From: a virus
Taxonomy: Duplodnaviria > Caudoviricetes
Strand: one strand, 5' to 3'
Virus record (IMG/VR): IMGVR_UViG_3300037493_003821
Location: 1 to 58,277 of that record
DNA: 58,277 nucleotides
This document shows, piece after piece, positions 55,116 through 58,277 of the stretch. The notes under the pieces are model-generated. The model saw only the letters and a list, made by a program, of their open reading frames with translations. It did no database searches and was not told where the DNA came from. Both the position numbers and the translations under genes were made by a program. How positions within the stretch are numbered: the first letter of the stretch is position 1; every line of letters starts with the position of its first letter.

Positions 55116-56213
55116 ATGTCCTGTAACACCGGCGGATCAACACAAGGCTGCAACTACATCGTAGAGCTACCAAACAACCCCGTAGTTGCATACACCTGCG
55201 CCAACATCAATCTCACCGGGATCGGCGTATATGATTCGCAGAACGGCAACGAGTTCGACTTTCGAGGAATCACCAGCGGCAACAACTCTTTGTTAGTGAC
55301 GCTGGATGCGGGCAACAACTCAATCCTGCTAACGTTCAACATTCAGCAGATCATTGACGACCTTCCTGATGCTACGACAACCCAGCGAGGGGTGCTGGAA
55401 ACAGCAACGGACGCAGAAGCAATCGGCAAAGCTCTTAACAACAAGATTCTTACTCCAAGCAATCTTGCAGCAATCGGTGCAACAACTACCTTTTCTGGAC
55501 TAATCGAGATTGCCACAAACGCAGAAGCATTAACGGGAGCATCAACCAGCCTTGCAATTACTCCTGCGAATCTGGCATACGTCAATGCCGCTCAACTCAC
55601 GACACGGGTATTCGCTGATGCGGTTGCGCGTGGAGCAGCGGTTGCTGATTTCATCGGGCAGTTCGGGTGTCAATCGGATAACACACAGCCGTATTATGCG
55701 TGGGGCCTTGGGGCTGGCGAATGGGGGGAAATGCTTTCAGAGACAGGACTAAATACGGCTACCTTCACAATGATGGGAGGACAAATAGGCCTGACCAGCA
55801 ATAGCATACTATCCGTTGGCAATGGGGTGGATACCTCTTATATTACGGTTCTTAGTGGCGCGAAGATAGCACTAGCAACAGGCGCAATTCTCGACCTCAC
55901 AACTGACTCCTTGCTGAAAATATCAAGCGTATCCATCCCCGCGAACAGCGTTGTCATAACGGGCGGTGTGGCCGGAAACCCATCAAGCAAGCTCATCAAC
56001 ACCTTCATCAGCACCAGCAACACGCAAACGGGATGGGGAATCCCAACTGGAAGCCTAGAGAGAACCACATTCACAACTTACGCTGGACAGACGATAAGTA
56101 ATCCTCCCACGCAGGCGGAAGTGCAAGTGATTGACAATAATCTAAGAGATGTATCCAAACGCCTTGGTGCTCTCATAACCGACATTTTAGCGGTCAAACT
56201 ACCAGCCACGTAA
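55116..56213 (+). CDS. Tail fibre protein
   Basis: ATTTQRGVLETATDAEA / ATTTFSGLIEIATNAEA fibre repeats. Confidence 0.7.
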   Translation: MSCNTGGSTQGCNYIVELPNNPVVAYTCANINLTGIGVYDSQNGNEFDFRGITSGNNSLLVTLDAGNNSILLTFNIQQIIDDLPDATTTQRGVLETATDAEAIGKALNNKILTPSNLAAIGATTTFSGLIEIATNAEALTGASTSLAITPANLAYVNAAQLTTRVFADAVARGAAVADFIGQFGCQSDNTQPYYAWGLGAGEWGEMLSETGLNTATFTMMGGQIGLTSNSILSVGNGVDTSYITVLSGAKIALATGAILDLTTDSLLKISSVSIPANSVVITGGVAGNPSSKLINTFISTSNTQTGWGIPTGSLERTTFTTYAGQTISNPPTQAEVQVIDNNLRDVSKRLGALITDILAVKLPAT

Positions 56214-56216
56214 CCT

Positions 56217-57269
56217 ATGTCCTGCTCCTGCTCTAACTCTCCTTGCTCCTGCTCACCCTGTCAGCCTGCCAACACCGTATATCAGGGAACTTGCACCGAT
56301 CCCGGTTCCGCTACAACCCTGCGACACATTCAAGGACTCGACAGTAGCTTCTGCGAACGTCGCCTACTTCCCGGCGACGGGGGCTATCTCGTAGCACGGG
56401 CTACGGGCAGCGGCGGTTGGCTGATCAACTTCACCACGGAGCCAGTGATTCCGCTTTCCAACATTACAGCCGTCCAGAGTCAGACATTTGGGCAGTTCAT
56501 TGTGCAGGGCAGCGACAACATCATGCGGACGTTGACAGGGCCAGCGACTGCCAACCTGTATCCTCGCACCAATGCGGCAGGGCAGATTACGTTTGAAACG
56601 CTTCCTAACGCTACGGTTCCTGATCCGCTGGTAGTGAATGACCTTACGGTTGTTACGAATGCACAAATTGCAGATTTACAGATTACAGGGACAGCAACGG
56701 CAACGGGGCTGGCAACTGGCACGCTCACGCAGTTTCTTGGCCTCAATGCTTCCGACGAGATCATCAAGGGCACGATTGCCGACACGGGTTCTCAGTGTGC
56801 CTCGTTTTACGAAACCGCATCATCTCCGGCTGGTGTCAATGTAACTCCAAACTTAGCTGCCACATCAGGGAATCCGCTGATTATAGGCAGCTGCTTGTTT
56901 GATAGTTCCACGGCTGGCGGCATAACCCCGACGCTAATTACCGTTGATAACCAAACTACGCTACGATGCGCGGTAGCAGGGGTGTATGTGATAGACTTTG
57001 GAGGCATGATAGCAAACTCATCTGGCGCGGCGGCTAATAACGGCAAGCCGAACATTTCTCTTTCAATCAACGGGGTTATCGTTAATTCCGGCAATGCGTC
57101 CAACAACAACTGCCAGAGGGGAGCTTGGCAAAACGTAGTAAGCCTATGGGGTCAGGAAATGCGCAGGCTCGCGGCGAACAGCACGATTCAGCTTATTCTC
57201 GGATCGAACACTAAGGCTGCATCCAAGGTGTATGAAGTCCGCTGCAACTTCACCCGACTAGGGGCGTGA
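56217..57269 (+). CDS. Fibre/spike protein with Cys-rich N-terminus and C1q/BclA-like tip
   Basis: MSCSCSNSPCSCSPC; VAGVYVIDF. Confidence 0.6.
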   Translation: MSCSCSNSPCSCSPCQPANTVYQGTCTDPGSATTLRHIQGLDSSFCERRLLPGDGGYLVARATGSGGWLINFTTEPVIPLSNITAVQSQTFGQFIVQGSDNIMRTLTGPATANLYPRTNAAGQITFETLPNATVPDPLVVNDLTVVTNAQIADLQITGTATATGLATGTLTQFLGLNASDEIIKGTIADTGSQCASFYETASSPAGVNVTPNLAATSGNPLIIGSCLFDSSTAGGITPTLITVDNQTTLRCAVAGVYVIDFGGMIANSSGAAANNGKPNISLSINGVIVNSGNASNNNCQRGAWQNVVSLWGQEMRRLAANSTIQLILGSNTKAASKVYEVRCNFTRLGA

Positions 57270-57273
57270 ACCG

Positions 57274-58277
57274 ATGCCCGCAACATATCACTATGACGGG
57301 CATCAGCAGCTAAAGGGCGTATTCGGCGGATCGCCGGACTCGGTTCCCGCCAACTATGCTCATCAAGCCGTTAATCGGTTTTTCCGCGAGGACTACAACC
57401 GCGCAAGACCGTCAATCCAGAACATCGAGTTGGAGTTTGAAAACGATGAAGAACGGATTTGGTTTCAAGGCGCGAATGGGCAGGGCGCAACATTCTACAA
57501 CGGCTATCCGTCCTACCTGACAAGTAAACTGATTGCGAGTGTTGGCGGCAGGATTTACACGATTGAAGTGAACGGCAGGCGCGGTGTAGTGACGAAGCTG
57601 TTTGACGGCAACTCGCGGCAGTTCATGCACACTTGGTTTGCGCAAGGGTTTCAATGGCTCGTCATTCAAGACGGGATTCATCCTCCGCTGTTTTGGGATG
57701 GGACAAATGCACCAAGACGATCTGATCTCGCCAAGAACGAGATGCCGATTGGCAGCGTCATGTCATTCATCCACGGCAGATTCGTGGTTGCCAGTTCAGA
57801 CGGCAAGAACAGCATCTACGTTGGCGACATAGCTTACGGCGGCACGCTGACAAGGCCTGACGATATACTGAGCTTCACCGAACAAACGTATTGGGCGGAA
57901 GGCGGCAGCTTCGGCACTCCTGTATTTGTTGGCGACATCATGGGGATGTATGCAATGCCGTTTCTTGATACAGGGACAGGGCAGAATGAATTGGTGATCG
58001 GCTGCACCAACGGATTTACGTCACTTGATTTATCGCAACCACGGAATCAGTGGATCAATACTTCTGTTCAACGTGTTGCGCTTATCGGCTCCGGCCTTGT
58101 CTCGTCTCACGGATTTGCAGGATTGAACGGGGATATGTTCTACCGTTCGCAGGCTGGTATTGCGAGCTATCGAAACTCCCGTATCGAGTATTCGCAGCGA
58201 TGGAATCAGACGCCCGTTAGCCGTGAAGTGAATTACTGGCTCAAGCCGGATCGGAAAGACTATTTGGAGTTTGCGCC
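57274..58277 (+). CDS. 5' part of the tail nozzle protein (continues at position 128 after circularisation)
   Basis: ATG 57274 MPATYHYDGH..., open to the window end; IQDG..PPLFWDG beta-propeller-like segments. Confidence 0.7.
   Translation, partial: MPATYHYDGHQQLKGVFGGSPDSVPANYAHQAVNRFFREDYNRARPSIQNIELEFENDEERIWFQGANGQGATFYNGYPSYLTSKLIASVGGRIYTIEVNGRRGVVTKLFDGNSRQFMHTWFAQGFQWLVIQDGIHPPLFWDGTNAPRRSDLAKNEMPIGSVMSFIHGRFVVASSDGKNSIYVGDIAYGGTLTRPDDILSFTEQTYWAEGGSFGTPVFVGDIMGMYAMPFLDTGTGQNELVIGCTNGFTSLDLSQPRNQWINTSVQRVALIGSGLVSSHGFAGLNGDMFYRSQAGIASYRNSRIEYSQRWNQTPVSREVNYWLKPDRKDYLEFA
58151..58277. repeat. Terminal direct repeat copy 2
   Basis: Identical to 1-127. Confidence 0.97.

Noticed and set aside
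52686-57269. Diversity-generating retroelement or invertible fibre cassette
   Set aside because: No reverse transcriptase or invertase, and no TR/VR-like repeat pair noticed

Overview
The window is a complete, circularly assembled tailed-phage genome. Bases 58151-58277 exactly repeat 1-127, so the unit length is about 58,150 bp. The architecture is podovirus-like: portal with a long coiled-coil C-terminus, scaffold, major capsid, fibre proteins, a ~787-aa tail nozzle gene spanning the junction, and three ejection proteins, the last 3156 aa. Replication is initiator/DnaB/SSB/RecE-like; I see no DNA or RNA polymerase, integrase or tRNA. Shine-Dalgarno sites are scarce and leaders are A/C-rich, which tentatively suggests a PVC-type host. 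The accessory content is rich: a queD-queC-dpdA-like deazaguanine module, two adenine methyltransferases, four glycosyltransferases with a truncated TPP E1alpha/E1beta pair and a Zn-dehydrogenase around the terminase and portal, a sulfotransferase-like plus degenerate citrate-synthase-like pair before the ejection genes, a Dps-like protein and an antisense GIY-YIG endonuclease. The most striking unexplained structures are: (1) a ~590-nt multi-stem non-coding element behind a terminator/antiterminator switch (35.1-35.7 kb); (2) a RusA-like resolvase split across two overlapping frames; (3) repeat-bounded modules in the giant ejection protein; (4) an early-gene array with shared leaders and M-H/Q-T-T-T N-termini. 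All product calls come from motif recognition by eye; no searches were run.
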